Positions 40,390 to 54,390 of a DNA stretch of 64,000 bases are shown here, piece by piece. The stretch is from Octopus sinensis (taxonomy: Eukaryota). A model generated the notes under the pieces. That model searched no databases. It had not been told where the DNA came from and saw only the letters and a program-made list of their open reading frames with translations. The DNA lies in the NCBI RefSeq assembly GCF_006345805.1, contig NC_043003.1, forward strand, positions 62,496,001 through 62,560,000. Reading direction: 5' to 3'. Both the position numbers and the translations under genes were made by a program. Position 1 is the first letter of the stretch. Every line of letters starts with the position of its first letter.

Positions 40390-41599
40390 ATGTTGTAATC
40401 ACAGATGGAGTTGCTACGTCTAAATTCTCTAAAATAAAAGGTAATTTTTTAAACTACAAGCTCATCTATTTAGCTACATGTCTCTGGAATTTTATTCTTA
40501 TGGTTTGAGGAATACATCATGAATTTTCTTCATTATATCAAAATGAATTTGGTACACTTTGGTAAATATGCAGAAAAATGTTCAATATTAAATAATGCTA
40601 ATTATGCTGTTCAAATATTTTTCTTATAATTGTTGCTATGAGCAGAATATCCTGTGTCACCTAGAAATGGGAAAGAAGGAAGCTCTATCCTTGACAAGTT
40701 AGAGTTGATGAATGCATACATCAACTTCATTATTTATAATAGATCAATTTATGACTGTTATACCTTGCTCCAGTTTTTAGCTGGCCAGGCTGGAGTAACT
40801 GCTATTTTGCTTCTTGTGGACATTTTCTCACAACTTGTCTCTTTGATGTTGCACAAAATTATGTGAAGACCAATATCAAGCATTTGACTTATGGATTACT
40901 ACCAGATTAAATAGTTTCCTACTGCTCCGATAACTCAGCTGATAGTACATCAACCCTTACATTTTAAAAGAAGTTAGTGAACAGCAACATTTTAGGGGAA
41001 GCCTATCACAGAAGTACCATTGACAGTGTACATAATTCCTTTGTTTCATACTGTTAGTAATGGGAGGCATTGCCAGTTTGAGATCATAAGTGAAGAAACA
41101 AAATTTGCTTAGGGAGTGGAAAACCCAGATCCAATCCAGAATGTTCAAAGTGTTTTCATTGCCCTTCAAAACTTCCAAGGCCTATGTTTGAGATAAACTC
41201 TACTAATATAGTAGTGTTTTTAACTGGGCTTGTCTGATATGTATAGTGATGAAATCATTCTGCATTTACTCAGTCAATGTCTGATGATTTCTTCTTGCAG
41301 AGTTAATTCAAACAGTTGTTGTCATGCAAGATGGAACCAGCTACCTGCTGAGCTCTTTATGAAAGTTGCTTCTCTGTTTTCCCTTGTCTGAGAAGAGCAA
41401 ACAGTTTTGCTCTGTCTAGGAGATACATTTGTTTCAACCATGCCTTCTTCAACTTGGTCTTCCTCATAGAAAGTAAGGTCTGCATAGAGAAGAAGATACT
41501 AGCCTCCAGTGGATTTGCTGAAAGGTAGGTGAGAGTAGCAAGCATGGCTCATATGAATAGGCTCAGAGACTGGTAATAACCCTGCACTAAGGAAAGATG

Positions 41600-42357
41600 C
41601 ATCAATTCCAGTACTTGACTGGTATTTTATTGTCCCCAAAAGGATGAAAAGCAAAGTTGGTCTCAGCAATATTTGAACTCAGGACATAAAGTGCTAGAAG
41701 CAGTACTGTCCGATGCTCTAGTGATTCTGCCAGCTTGTCTAATAATAATAATGGTTTAAAATTTTGGGTCGGAGATAAGTCAATTACATTGATCCCAGTG
41801 ATCAACTAGTACTTATTTTATTGACTCCGAAAGGATGAAAGACAAAGTCGACCATAGCAGAATTTTGAACTCATGAAGATGTATGAAATGCCACCAAGCA
41901 TTTTGTCCAGCATGTTAACAATGCTACCAGCTCATCACCTTTTGTGTAGTAGTAGTAATAATAATAATAATAATAATAATAATCTTTTCTACTCTAGGCA
42001 CAAAGCCCGAAATTTTTGGGGAGGGGACCAGTCGATTAGATCAATCCCAGTATGCAACTTATTTAATTTATTGACCCCAAAAGGATGAAAGGCAAAGTCA
42101 ACATCAGCAGAATTTGAACTCAGAATATAAAGACGGCCAAAATACCTATTTCTTTACTACCCACAAGGGGCTAAATACTGAGAGGACAAACAAGGACAGA
42201 CAAACGGATTAAGTTGATTATATCGACCCCAGTGCGTAACTGGTACTTATTTAATTGACCCCGAAAGGATGAAAGGCAAAGTCGACCTCGACAGAATTTG
42301 AACTCAGAACGTAGCGGCAGACCAAATACCGCTAAGCATTTCACCCGGTGCGCTATC

Positions 42358-42393
<36 letters not shown>

Positions 42394-42600
42394 GTTTCAA
42401 ATTTTGCCTTAAGTCAAGCAACCATAAGGGTTGGGAAAGTTGATTACATCGACCTCAATGCTCAACTGGTACTTAGTTCATCGATCCTGAAAGGATGAAA
42501 GGTAAAGTTGACCTCAACAGAAATTGAACTTGAAATGTGAAGATGAATAAAATGCCACTAAGTGTTTTGTCAGGTGTGCTAACAATTCTGGTAGCTCACC
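41600..42600 (-). mobile_element. Cluster of about five co-oriented family B SINEs
   Basis: aaaggatgaaa(g)gcaaagt..tttgaactcag recurs at ~41640, 41830, 42080, 42265 and 42495; separated by (ATA)n tails. Confidence 0.85.
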
Positions 42601-43929
42601 ACCCTAGAAACAATTACTGATATTAAAAACAAAATTGCCAGATGTGTTTTTCAAGGAAAAAACTTCATGACTGCTAAATTTAAGTTTGTGTAAAATGAGC
42701 TCAATAAAGTAGGATTTGATATAAAATCTACCATTGAGGAAAATCTACTTATAATAATATATAAGCAAATTATTGAAATCATTACTTCAGATTATTAAAA
42801 TCTAAATACAGAGTTTGAACTGAACCAATATACAAGTAGATATAGCTTCATGAGTGGAAGCTTTAGGAGCACTGCAATGGTGAAGATTAAATCTGATTTC
42901 ATTCAAGTTTTGTTAAAATTATAGGTTTTTAACAGTCACAAAATCCAAAGAGTACAGAAGAAAAAATATATATCAAAACATTTAGAGGAATTGACTAAAT
43001 CAATGAAAGTGACTAGTTACAAAGTATGTTGAGTCTATACAAGAGAGATTTGGGACATAAAAAGATATTACATTGGAAGACATTTCTAGTATCACATTTT
43101 AAATGACATGGCTAAACGGAAAACCTTTTGATACAGTATCCTAGCCTTAAAGGTACATTTCACTCCTGTTGTCTAAATGTTTATAATTACATATGTACAC
43201 ATGTTCATGTCACCATTGTATGCAATGTGTGCACAGAATAATTGACAAATTGTGTTGTTAATTGACCACTATGAGCTCAAATGCTTCTATGCATCTGCAG
43301 ATGACAGTAAGAAACTTGTTATAAAGTTTATCCTAATCTGAATTCTGACAGGAAGCATGACAAGTTATTCAATTGAGTAAAGGGTATTACAATTACGCTG
43401 GAAAAGTAAAATTCTATTAACAATTTAGAACAGTCTTCAGTTTACTTGGCTTCTAATAATCCTTTCTACTATAGACAGAAAGCCCAAAATTTTGTGTGAT
43501 GGGTATAGTTGATAACATTGACCCCAGTACTGAACAGGTACTTATTTTATTAAACCCAAAAGGATGAAAAGTAGTCAGCCTCAGTAGGTTTTGAACTCAG
43601 AATATAAAATCAGACCAAATGCCACAAAGCATTTTGCTAGCATGCTAAGGATTCTGTCAGTTCACTGCCTTTGGCTGTTAATAATAACATCATATTCTGT
43701 ACTGCAGAAAACTGTATATGTAAGTAAGTCTTTTTAGCAAAGCAAATTCCTTCAAAGAGCTCTTGGATATTTTAGTTGCCTGAAAGAAAGGTTTTTAAAC
43801 CTAAAAAAAAAACAAAAAACAAATGAAAGTGAATTTAGCTGGAGTGTTTTTGGTCATGACCTGAACATAAATAGAGCAAGTGGATTTTCTTTTTTTTTTT
43901 CCCCCTTTTTTTCTTTTCTTTTTTGTTAG

Positions 43930-44113
43930 TCTATAAGAAAAGTATCATAAAGAAATCAATACTTTATGAGCAATGTTACCAGGCAAATGTTGATGTTGTG
44001 TTTTTGATTGAACCATCACTTCTAGCACTCTAACTGCCTGAAGTAACAGACAAAATATGCAATCTAGTTCTGAAGGCTATTGTCTGAAGTAATGCTTCAT
44101 ATCAATGCTGCAG
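43930..44113 (+). pseudogene. Exon-like segment with two in-frame stops (YKKSIIKKSILYEQCYQANVDVVFLIEPSLLAL*LPEVTDKICNLVLKAIV*SNASYQCC)
   Basis: Acceptor ttttttgttag, donor CAG|gtaaat. The phase-2 end matches the phase-2 start of 45400. Confidence 0.3.
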
Positions 44114-44649
44114 GTAAATTCTATTTTTTAGTTAACTTGACCTAAACGGCTACAGTGTAAGTCTAGTGTTTATAACTCTTATCATCACTAGTTCAGCATC
44201 TGTTTTTGAATAGACAAGTTTACATGACTCTTTCATTACTCTATTTCTGTAAAACTACGAGCATTAGTTTCAATTACTTTTAAAAACTATGAAGAATTTA
44301 GTAAAATAACTTGTCATTTTTAAGATGGTGTTTGGTACATATATTAACATGAAATCTTTTGAAAACAGGAAGTTTGTATCAGAACCAGAGGTGGTATCCA
44401 AAGGGGTAATCATATCAGATTCCATTAAAAAAATTAATAACAGGTGCAGGTGTTGCTGAGTGGTAAGATACTTGCTTCCCAACCACATGGTTCTGGGTTC
44501 AATCCCACTGTGCTGCACCTTGGGCAAGTGTCTTCTACTATAGCCCTGAGCTGATCAAAGCTTTGTGAGTGGATTTGGTAGACAGCAACTGAAAGAAGTT
44601 CATCATTTATATATATATATATATATATAAAAACATATATATATACAAA

Positions 44650-44868
44650 CAGTAATCCCTCAACTATTGTGGGTGTTACATTCCAAAACACCCCGGATTA
44701 GATAAAAATCCATGAAGTAGAAACAGTAATGTACTATATATTCTTTTTTATTATTTTTATAATTTGTATATATTTTATTATAAATGCAACACAACACCAC
44801 GGAGGATTTGATGTAAGCTTAAATAATAAACCACAATAAGTGAACTGCAATATGGCAAGGAATTACTA
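44650..44868. mobile_element. Tigger/pogo-like MITE
   Basis: Degenerate TIRs cagtaatccctcaactattg / caatatggcaaggaattacta, next to a (TA)n tract. Confidence 0.6.
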
Positions 44869-44870
44869 TA

Positions 44871-44916
<46 letters not shown>

Positions 44917-45399
44917 CACATATGTATATATATCTATGTGTGTATGTCATTGCTTACACTGTTACTCATGCACACTGACATTGCACATCCAGGGCAACAT
45001 ATTAGAGTCATCTCTTTCAAGCCTTCACACGTTTTCTCTGGTCACAGCCCATGTTTCACTGCCATGAATAAAAAATATTTTTGGTTTTCCTCATGTCTTT
45101 TCAAAGTTTCAAAATAAAACATGAGTGAATGTTCTCATCTAGTTAAAGTTAGGTATTCCAAATTGTTGTTTCTTCTTTTCCACTCATCTGTAGCTGCACA
45201 TTTTGACATTTTTACACCTCATTAGTTCAACTCATAAATGATTATATTTTTAGTGAATTTAAGTTAAAGCTAATTTCTTTGCAAAGTTACTGGCATACAG
45301 GAAGAAGGAAATGAAATTGAGGAGCTAACAACAGTAGTATTGTCCATCAAGATGGATGAGTTTAGTAAGATTTAAATGTTTTTTATGTTTTTCATATAG

Positions 45400-45431
45400 G
45401 CAGTTCATTCAAGCTAGTGATGTTTTGCTAG
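45400..45431 (+). CDS. Candidate 32-nt exon (R)QFIQASDVLL
   Basis: Acceptor tttttatgtttttcatatag, donor CTAG|gtgaga; a single open frame, phase 2-1. Confidence 0.45.
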
Positions 45432-47870
45432 GTGAGAATGAAACCAGCATCTGCTGTGCTATGAAATTACTCTGCCAACAAATATTGGTTAACATAAAAG
45501 CAACACCTGTTGTGAAAAATTCTATTACCAAATAGCTGTTGATTTTATCCTTACCAAGTAAAATTTCACCAATTTTAATTAATTTCCCCAGTGAAAAGTA
45601 TTTAAATATCATTCAATGTGTTTCTTGAAGACAATGAGGTATAATTTTGGAGAGATCTAGCAACAATTTCTTTGGCTCATTTAAAAAAGATACTGGATAC
45701 TGTTATAGTAGTGGTGACTGAGGAATAAGAGCAATAATGCATTTGTAAGCAAGTAGTTGCAGTGTGTTGACAATAGAATCTATACGAGTCAGCCGAATGG
45801 CTTTTTTAGGGGGATGCACTCTAGGATGTTTTGTGTGTGTTGCAATAGTACCATCTTATGTGTGAGCAAACTTCGATGAGGGTTGCCTTTGGGCCTGAGA
45901 GAAATGTCAAGATACACTGAGTATTGGCAAGTTTGTTAGGGTTATGGGTGGCTGTGGATGCTAGCAATTCAGAATAGCTAATTAATTGTTCTCTGATGTG
46001 AGAGGAGTTAAAGGTAGCCTCCAGAAATAATAACTTCAGAATGACTTGTGGTAAGAAAGAGGTTGCCAGCATATTATGAGGGATAGTTAAAGAACTGGTA
46101 GGGTTTTGATGAGTTCAGAAATCCCTAAGGATAACCAATAAAACTGAAATGGATAAGAGAAATAGGGAACCAGAAAAATTATGCTTTTTGTTTTTGAAAA
46201 TATAATAAATCTGTTCCTTGCATCATACTTCACTTTCTCTCATCATCTCATTTAAATTAATTACTCTCTCCTAATTTTCTTTCCCTTGTGGGAACTCTTT
46301 AGGGTCTTTAGTCTCAAATTGATAAGGTGACCTCATTAGTGCTGGTGCCATGAATGAAAGTACTCAGTAAACTCAGTAAAGTGGTTGGCATTTGGAAGGG
46401 CGTCTAGCAATAGAAACCATACCTAAACTGAGATATTGGAGCAAAACATCATTCTCTCACTCATCAGATACTGTTGAACCATCCAAAGCATGTCATCATA
46501 GAAAGTGGATGTAAAATGATGGTGAAGCAGATGAGAGATTTGAATAATAAAGAGAGGAGATTCAATTAATCATGCTAGTACTGCCTTTCAGAGCAAAGAT
46601 GGAATATAGAGTGTAGCTTGGTCTGAGATGCAGGATGAGAGGAGATTTATATTAAGGAAAGAAATAAGTCCACTGAGTTTGAAACAGAAGAGGCTGATTT
46701 GTTATGTTATATGACATGGTTTTGTCTGCAATTTGAAATCGTTCCAGTTATTGAATTACTTTTATTATTTATTTATTTTTTAGAAGCAGTATACATTCTG
46801 ACAGAGTTTAAAATTTCAGTAAACATATTTGTATTTTAGGAAAGATTTAGTAACTATTACACCAAAGTATAGGAAGCACTGACTAGAATATCATCAGAAT
46901 ATAAAGGATTTATTATACTTGGTGACTGCAGAAATGGAAAGCAGAGGTAGGTTTATAGGCAGTCAGTAGGGGTGGATAAGGTTATTGCACTTCAGTCAGG
47001 AGAGACAGCTGATAATAATAAACTAGCAATGTTATTTACTTTAGTTTTGTAATCTATAAAGAGAAGAGGTGTAAATTACATGTTAGACATGCAGTTTTAG
47101 TTATTGAATCATTTTGATGCCCCCTAATATTGGAAAATAGTTAGTTGTGTGTCATGACAGAAATAGTGGTATCAACTGTCACTGCACTGAACAAGTTATT
47201 AAATTTGTTAAATAAAGGCTTTCAAACTAAAAAGAAGAAACATTAGGAAATAGCAGAGTGAGATATTTTATGCATAAAACTTTGCAACATGATAGAAGTG
47301 TGTTGAATGTGATAACAGATTTATTAGAAATAAATCTATAGAAGAAATAAATGGATTTTAGTGAACTAACAACTTACTAGTTGGAAACTAGCAAGAATAG
47401 AAATACTTGTAAGATTAATATCCAGAAAGAATTTCCATAGTAAATTGAAAAGAGCTATAGAAGTAATATCACCGAGTTGCTTTGGATTCAGAAATTCCCA
47501 TTTATTTTGCAAAATTTTCTTTGAATTAAGAAGGTGCTGAATAAATGTAGTAGAAATAGGAAAGCTATTTAAACATGCTTCAGTCGAGTGTAGCAATATT
47601 TTATAGTAGATACATAAGCTCCGTGATAGATTTCGCTTTCTGGAGATTTATAAGTTGAAATGGTCAAATGTAGCTGATACTGATAACCATCAGAAGATTC
47701 TTTCTTGAACTTATTAAAAATTAAGCATAAATTTTAAAAATTTATTAAAAGTAATATTAAATTTTTTTCTTTCCGTATTATTTAACTGCTTGAAATATAG
47801 ATTAGACTTATGTAATACTTATCAGTATTTTACATTTAATAAGAATTCTCTTCTTTCTTTTTCTGAACAG

Positions 47871-47924
47871 TCCACCAGAGATATTCTTCTGAGAATACTA
47901 AACATTTAACAATATTGTTATCAA
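47871..47924 (+). CDS. Candidate exon (V)HQRYSSENTKHLTILLS
   Basis: Very strong acceptor cttctttctttttctgaacag. The only open frame is phase 1, matching 45431. Donor CAA|gtgaaa, with an alternative donor at 48043 that would include one TAA. Confidence 0.45.
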
Positions 47925-48142
47925 GTGAAAACATGATTCTGGTTATTAGCAAGAAAGCCATTCAACCTTAAAACCTTTGCTTCAGTTATATATGCACTCT
48001 AGCAACATATTCATTTTTAAATCACCAGCATCCAATTCCTGTGGTAACAGTGGCAACCAAACTGACCTGTCTAACTTATGCATATATAACAAAAAAAAAA
48101 ATAGAAAAGGAGTCTTTAAAATGAGGCAGAGGAAGAAGAATA

Positions 48143-48250
48143 TGGTGGTGGTGGTTGTGGTGGTGCTGGTGCTGGTGGCAGCGGTGGCGGTGGTGGTGGT
48201 GGTGGCAGCGGCAGCGGTGGTGGTGGTGGTGGCGGTGGCGGTGTTGACGG
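48143..48250. repeat. (GGT/GGC)n trinucleotide repeat
   Basis: Directly visible; yields the poly-V/A, poly-H and poly-P ORFs. Confidence 0.9.
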
Positions 48251-49274
48251 AGGCAGCAGCAGTGCTGGTGGAAGCGATGGAAAAGAAGGAGATGGGAATG
48301 ATTCACATATAATCATGTAATTTTCAGTTGCTATTCAATACTGATGTTGAAATCTTGGCATGTCTCATTATCAAGAATAGAACTAGCAAAGGTGTTAGCT
48401 ATTAATAACCATTTTTCTTTAAATAATTTTCAGCAAATTGCAGCTCAAAATATTTTGTATTTTATATTTTTATGTTCCTTTGAATTTAGGTTCCATGCTT
48501 TAACTAACTATATACATTACGCTGTAATGTATATTTCAAGGAAATTTCATTTTCATGCTTAGACAATGTGCTTTGATGTACTTAGATTTTAATTTGTACC
48601 ATTTCTGAATAACTTTGAACAATTTCATCTGTGAAAGAAAGAGACTTTCTCTTAACATAGCATAAATCTGGAGAACATGATGGGTCACTTTAATTTTGTT
48701 TTTCTTTTAAGTGAATTGTCACAAATGAAACTGTAAAGTAGATAGTATAGTATATAATATCTAGTTTTATGCCTCACAATCCTTCATTAAAATCTAGATA
48801 GGATTGATTTTAGCTTTTATCCATAGGACTTTGATTTAGTTGATTCTGCCCCATCTACAAAATTGGACTTCTAAATGTATAAGAAATAATAATGTGGAAA
48901 ATGTGTGATGTTGAATGAGGAAAATAAAGAACTGGCTATTTAGAATTGGTTTAATTTTATTATTATTACTACTACTACTACTACTACTATTATCATCACC
49001 TCTCATATCATTATTTTTGTGCTGACTTAATGAGGAGAAAGGAATCAGATTGTGAAGATTGGCAATATTTTCCCAAAATAGGAACTATTACATAGAAATG
49101 AATATGCTTGAAACTTTTTAAAAATACAGAAGTAGAATAAAGAGAATGTATAAGGATTAGAATGTTGAATAATGAAAAATTGTTATTGTTGTTTAACATC
49201 AAGTCTTCAATGACTGACCAGATATATGGCTGATGGTATTGCAGCCTTGATTACCCTTTCTTTTTCTTGAGTAG

Positions 49275-49299
49275 AGGCCACCGATGACCACTTTATCCG
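49275..49299 (+). CDS. Candidate 25-nt exon (K/E)ATDDHFIR
   Basis: Acceptor ctttctttttcttgagtag, donor CCG|gtgagt. Confidence 0.4.
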
Positions 49300-50013
49300 G
49301 TGAGTTCTTTATTTTAACATTGTAGGATATAAGCAGAAGACAATTTTGCTGCTACCTTTAGCAGCTTGAGTGACCATGTAGAAATTCTATCATATATAAT
49401 GGTCTATCTGTCTGTTTGTCTCTCTATCTATCATCTGTCTGTCTGTCTGTCTATCTATCTATTTTTCTATCTACCTATTTTTCAACCTATCTATCAATAA
49501 ATGTATGTATGTATGTATGTATGTACGTACGTGCATGCAAACCTGGTTATGTGGTTAAGAATCTTATTTTGCAATCGTGGTTTCAGATTGAGTCCCACTG
49601 TCTGGCACTTTGGACAAGTGCCTTCTAATATGGCTCCAAGCTGACCAATGCTTTGTGAGTGAAATCCATCATATATCTAGTAGGTGTGTGTATGATTTGT
49701 ATTCCCCCAACATCAACTGGTGCTAATTTGTTTACTTTGCTGTAACTTAGTAGTTTGGTAAAAGAGATTGACAGAACAAGTATGAAACTCCAAATCATTT
49801 TGATTTGTTCAAGTAAACAGTTCAAAGTGGTGCCTCAGTTTGGCCACAGTCCTATGACTGAAATGAGTATATGATAAAAGGTAAAAGATATAACTGACAT
49901 GAAATACAAGAGCTCCACTGATAAAAAGCTAACTTTATTATTCCTGCAGTGCAATTTTTCTCAATTAGTAGATTGAGCACCAAACTTTTTATGACAGTCA
50001 TAAATATTACTAA

Positions 50014-50464
50014 TGCATGCTTCCTAGTCAGAATTCTGGAATCTTCTCTAAAATATTGTTAGCTTGCTTTTCTCTTTTACTAAGAGATTTAATCTTTACT
50101 TGCAATATTAAACTATATGAGAGAACTATCTTGCAATAATTGACTGTTAATGCTTCTTTCATTGGGAAGTTCACAATTATAAGACAGAATAATTCAATTA
50201 ATGAGGTATGGAATATTAAAAGCAAAGGATTCTCTTGGCTACAATTGATTTCATACAGATTGAACTTAGCGACCTTAAAAGAAGTTGAACAAAGGAATTA
50301 ATTTAGAGAAAGTAAAAGAAATTTCATATGAGGAAACTAAAAATGAAAATGTAAGAGAAATCAGGGTGGGATTTTGTTTTGAGAGATATTTCATTAAAAA
50401 AAAGTGCATCTTGTATGCTATAAGATATGATAAGATGTTCATGTCTTTGAAATTAATAAAATAA
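50014..50464 (+). pseudogene. Coding-like stretch broken by one stop and a frameshift
   Basis: 50014-50301 gives 95 codons with a single internal TAA (50137). An overlapping frame 50279-50461 gives 61 open codons (KKLNKGINLEKVKEISYEETKNENVREIRVGFCFERY...). This is unusually stop-poor for such AT-rich DNA. Confidence 0.35.
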
Positions 50465-50750
50465 ACATCAGATACAGTTGTGAGATTCAAAGATGGACTA
50501 TAATAAATTTTAATGGATTTTGTGAAACAAAAGTCTACCAGATTAATTTTCGCCAACAATAAGTAAAATTTTATAAAACCTGTAAAAGTAGGGTGTAGAA
50601 ATATTTACATTTCAATTATTTGTAAGATCACAGTAATAGAAACTCATCAAATCTGTTAAATGTAAGTTTTGACCATAAAACGGTTTCTCTATGATTCTTT
50701 TGGAGACAGACATAGCAGACTTTTTTTCCCCATTCTTTGTTGCTATTTAG

Positions 50751-50860
50751 ATATATCTCACCTTCCTCAAACCAAGCTTCATATATGCAAATTTCTGTTC
50801 CAATTATCAATTATTTATGTTGTATTGATAGATTACAACCCTTGTCTTAAAATTTCCAGT
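50751..50860 (+). CDS. Candidate 110-nt exon (frame ambiguous: DISHLPQTKLHICKFLFQ... open, or YISPSSNQASYMQISVPIINYLCCIDRLQPLS*NFQ)
   Basis: Acceptor tttttttccccattctttgttgctatttag, donor AGT|gtaagt. Confidence 0.45.
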
Positions 50861-53800
50861 GTAAGTGTTAAGAATGAGAAATTGCATTTGTTCACCTTAA
50901 ACTGAACTACAAAAATCACCCAGGTAATAAAGATTTAAGACAGTTTATAATGATATCTAACACAGCCATAGAATCAAATGTATGGGGTAGGAGAGTAACT
51001 GGTTAAAATGACTTCAATACTTGACTTGTTATTTATTTTTAACCCAAGAGGATGAAAGGTCAATCCTGTCAGTAACTGAACTCAGAATGTTATGGGAAAT
51101 GACAAAATGCCACAAGGCAATTTCTCTATTGCCATACAGATTCTTTCTATCAACAATGCAAAACAATTAGACTAAAGAACACATAATAAAGACTTTGGAA
51201 AGAATAACTTTAAACAAATAGCAGTAATTAAGCTGAATATGGAATACTTTTATTGTAATTTTCTGTCTATAGTAAAGTTATAATAAAGGTTAATTTATTT
51301 TCATAATTTTACTTTGTTTACTTAATAACTTGAATTGGATTGATTAAATGTCTAAATGACTGAGATGAATTGTTATTAATACATGTACTACTTGTATAAT
51401 TAATCACTAGTTTTTTTTAGTTATTTATATTTATTTTTACATAAAGACAGCCATATTGAACCAAAGTCAATGCTGGGTTTACTGATTATTTTTCAGCAAA
51501 ATCTCAATGCATGGCTTCTTTTGTTTTTTTCCTTAGTGTATACTGTATCTCTTTATTACTTATGGAAATTTCATTCCCTGAGGGAATATGTGATTTTCAT
51601 TTTCATTTCTTTCTTTTTTTCTTTTTGTTGCACAATGTGTCATCAGAGGATTGAAGTGTCATGTCAATGTAAATATTAAAACATTTTTATCCATGAACAA
51701 GAGGTTAATACTCCAGAAAATATAATTGTATGAACTGGATTGTTCTCAATACTGTAACAATCTTCAGCAACTTAAAGAGTTTTTATATATATGTGTATTT
51801 TATTTTTGTATTATAAGACCCTTTCTAATGCTACCTGTGCAACTATGATGCAAAACCAACTTTTGTGCTCTGCTATGATGATATATATGAACTAAATAGT
51901 GTGTTTAAAAAAAATCCACATAATAACACCATCAGACAGTGGTCTACAGCTTTTTCAATTATGCTTTCTCAGCTCTTTTTCACACCACTCTGTAGACTCA
52001 AGTAATATAAACATAAAATTTCTTCTAATTTGACTGGGCTCCTGTGCTGGTGACACGTAAAAAGCACCATCCAAACATGGCCGATGTCAGTACCTCCTGA
52101 CTGGCCTCCACACTGGTGGCACATAAAAAGCACTATCTGAACATGATCAATGCCAGGCCCATCTGACTGGCTCCTGTGCTGGTGGCATGTAGAAAGCATC
52201 CACTACACTCTCGGAGTGGTTGGTGTTAGGAAAGACATCCAGCTGTAGAAACATTGCCAGGTCAGATTGGAGCCTGGTGCAGCTGCTGGTTCTCCAGACC
52301 TCAGTCAAACTGTCCAACCTATGCCAGCATGGAAAATGGACGTTAACCGATGATGATGATGATATATATCACATCACCAATTTTGTTTTAATCCTGAACC
52401 AGCTAATACATCCAAACATCCTATACACTACTGATTCTCATAAACAAACCATTTAGATGCTGCTGTGTGGTAAGAAGTTCGCTTCCCAACCACATTGTTC
52501 CAGGTTCACTCCCACTGTGTGGCACCTTGGGTTTGTGTCTTCTACTCTAGCCCTGGGCCAACCAAAGCCTTGTGAGTGGATTTAGTCAACAGAAATTGAA
52601 AGAAGCCCACTGTATATATATGTGTTTGTGTTTATGTTTTTTCCTTCACTACTACATGGCAAGTGATGTTGGTGTATTTACTTAACAGTTCAGCAAAAGG
52701 GACTGATAGAATAAGTACCAGGCTTTAAAGAAAGAAAGAAATCTTAGGGTTGATTTGTTTAACTAAAATTCTTCAAGATAGTGCCCCAGCATGGTCGCAG
52801 TCTAATAACTAATACAAGTAAAAGGTAAAATGCATCCACCATAGGTGTAGGCATAGCTGTGTGGTTAAAAAGTTTGTTTCCCAACCACATGATCACAAGT
52901 TCAGTCCCACTGCACAGCAACTTGGGCAGTTGGCATCTCCTGTAAGCCTAGGCTAACCAATGTCTTGTGAGTTGATTTGATTGACAGAAACTGAAAGAAA
53001 CCCATTATATATATATATATAGGAACTTGTTGATCAAAAATATAACAAACATGAAGACTACTTTGGTCACCACCTGGTGCCATACTCTCTTTAGTACCAA
53101 CTGGTATCCTACATATAAACTTCCACCTCTGAAACATGGACCATACTTTTAAACCCACCATTGTAAACACAAACATGACATGTATTTATATGTAAACAAA
53201 ATAAGTACCACTGCCTGAATTTACCTTTCCTAAAAAATTTATCCTTAGAATAACTATACCTACCTTTCCACCACTGGACAAAATAACATGAATCTTGGAA
53301 GGCAACACTTTAAGTCTTTGACTTATTTCCCTTTCCTATACCTAATCCATTTTACTAAATTTTACTCCTCTCACACTCTAAGTCTTGCTCCTATTCTTAT
53401 GCCCTCTTCAATAAGAAAAATATACTGTACCTATTAGTAACTGACTTTTATATGTATCAGCTCTCCTAACAATTTAGACCTTCTGATGAAGCCTAGAGAC
53501 ACACTCAACATCCAAACCCTATCTACCCATCCCTACAAAACACTGAAGAGATGGAACTAGCATGGAGGATATTGTGACCTCTTGGTAGAAATGGCCATAA
53601 GGAACTGACCTTTTAATCTTTTACTCATTTATGTATTGCTATTATTACTATTACTAGTATATATATTTGTTATTTCTTTATTGCCCACAAGGGGCTAAAC
53701 ATAGAGAGGACCAACAAGGACAGACAAAGGGATTAAGTCGATTAGATCGACCCCAGTGTGTAACTGGTACCTATTTAATCGACCCCGAAAGGATGAAAGG

Positions 53801-54000
53801 CAAAGTCAACCTCGGTGGAATTTGAACTCAGAACGTAATGGCTGACAAAATACTGCTAAGCATTTCGCCCAGTGTAGCACACCGTCTTTGCATGTGTAGC
53901 TATTGTTATAATATTCACTTTTGTTTTGGAATAAATAGACATAATAGAATGTCTACCAGCTGATGTATGTCATTCTTGTATCCCCTCCATTTTCTTTTTG

Positions 54001-54390
54001 CAGGAGTGGCTGTGTGGTAAGTAGCTTGTTTACCAACCACATGGTTCTGGGTTCAGTCCCACTGCGTGGCATCTTGGGCAAGTGTCTTCTACTATAGTCT
54101 TGGGCCGACCAAAGCCTTGTGAGTGGATTTGGTAGGTGGAAACTGAAAGAAGTCCATTGTATGTATATATATGTGTGCGTGTATGTTTGTGTTTGTCCCC
54201 TTATCATTGCTTGACAACCGATGCTGGTGTGTTTATGTCCCCGTCACTTAGCGATTCAGCAAAAGAGACCGATAGAATAAGTACTGGGCTTACAAAGAAT
54301 AAGTCCCGGGGTCGAGTTGCTCGATTAAAGGCGGTGCTCCAGCATGGCCGCAGTCAAATGACTGAAACAAGTAAAAGAGTAAAGAGAGTA
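54001..54390 (+). mobile_element. tRNA-derived SINE family A, near full length. Other copies: ~4560-4690+, 5230-5520+, 26715-26870-, 28380-28760-, 29830-30230-, 31040-31200+, 44445-44610+, 49530-49870+, 52455-52830+, 52850-53000+, 57460-57610+, 60885-61230+, 61925-62095+
   Basis: A-box-like tggctgtgtggt, B-box-like ggttcagtcc, central cttgggcaagtgtcttctactatag, internal (TA/TG)n, tail ending aaaagagtaaagag; many diverged copies. Confidence 0.9.

Noticed and set aside
40646-41200. Single-frame protein-like reading of ~190 codons; likewise 45618-46050 and 47280-47620
   Set aside because: Stop density (about 7%) is what random AT-rich sequence gives; likely pattern-matching bias.
41330-41390. 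F-box-like WNQLPAELFMKVASLF
   Set aside because: Short, followed by a stop, with no supporting context.
47977-48316. Poly-Val/Ala, poly-His and poly-Pro ORFs
   Set aside because: Products of the (GGT/GGC)n repeat.
53480-53510. Third hammerhead candidate ctgatgaagcctagagacacac
   Set aside because: No GAAA, and no stem I or stem III pairing.
54001-54075. tRNA gene calls at SINE heads
   Set aside because: A/B-box-like motifs only; no cloverleaf, and each continues into a SINE body.
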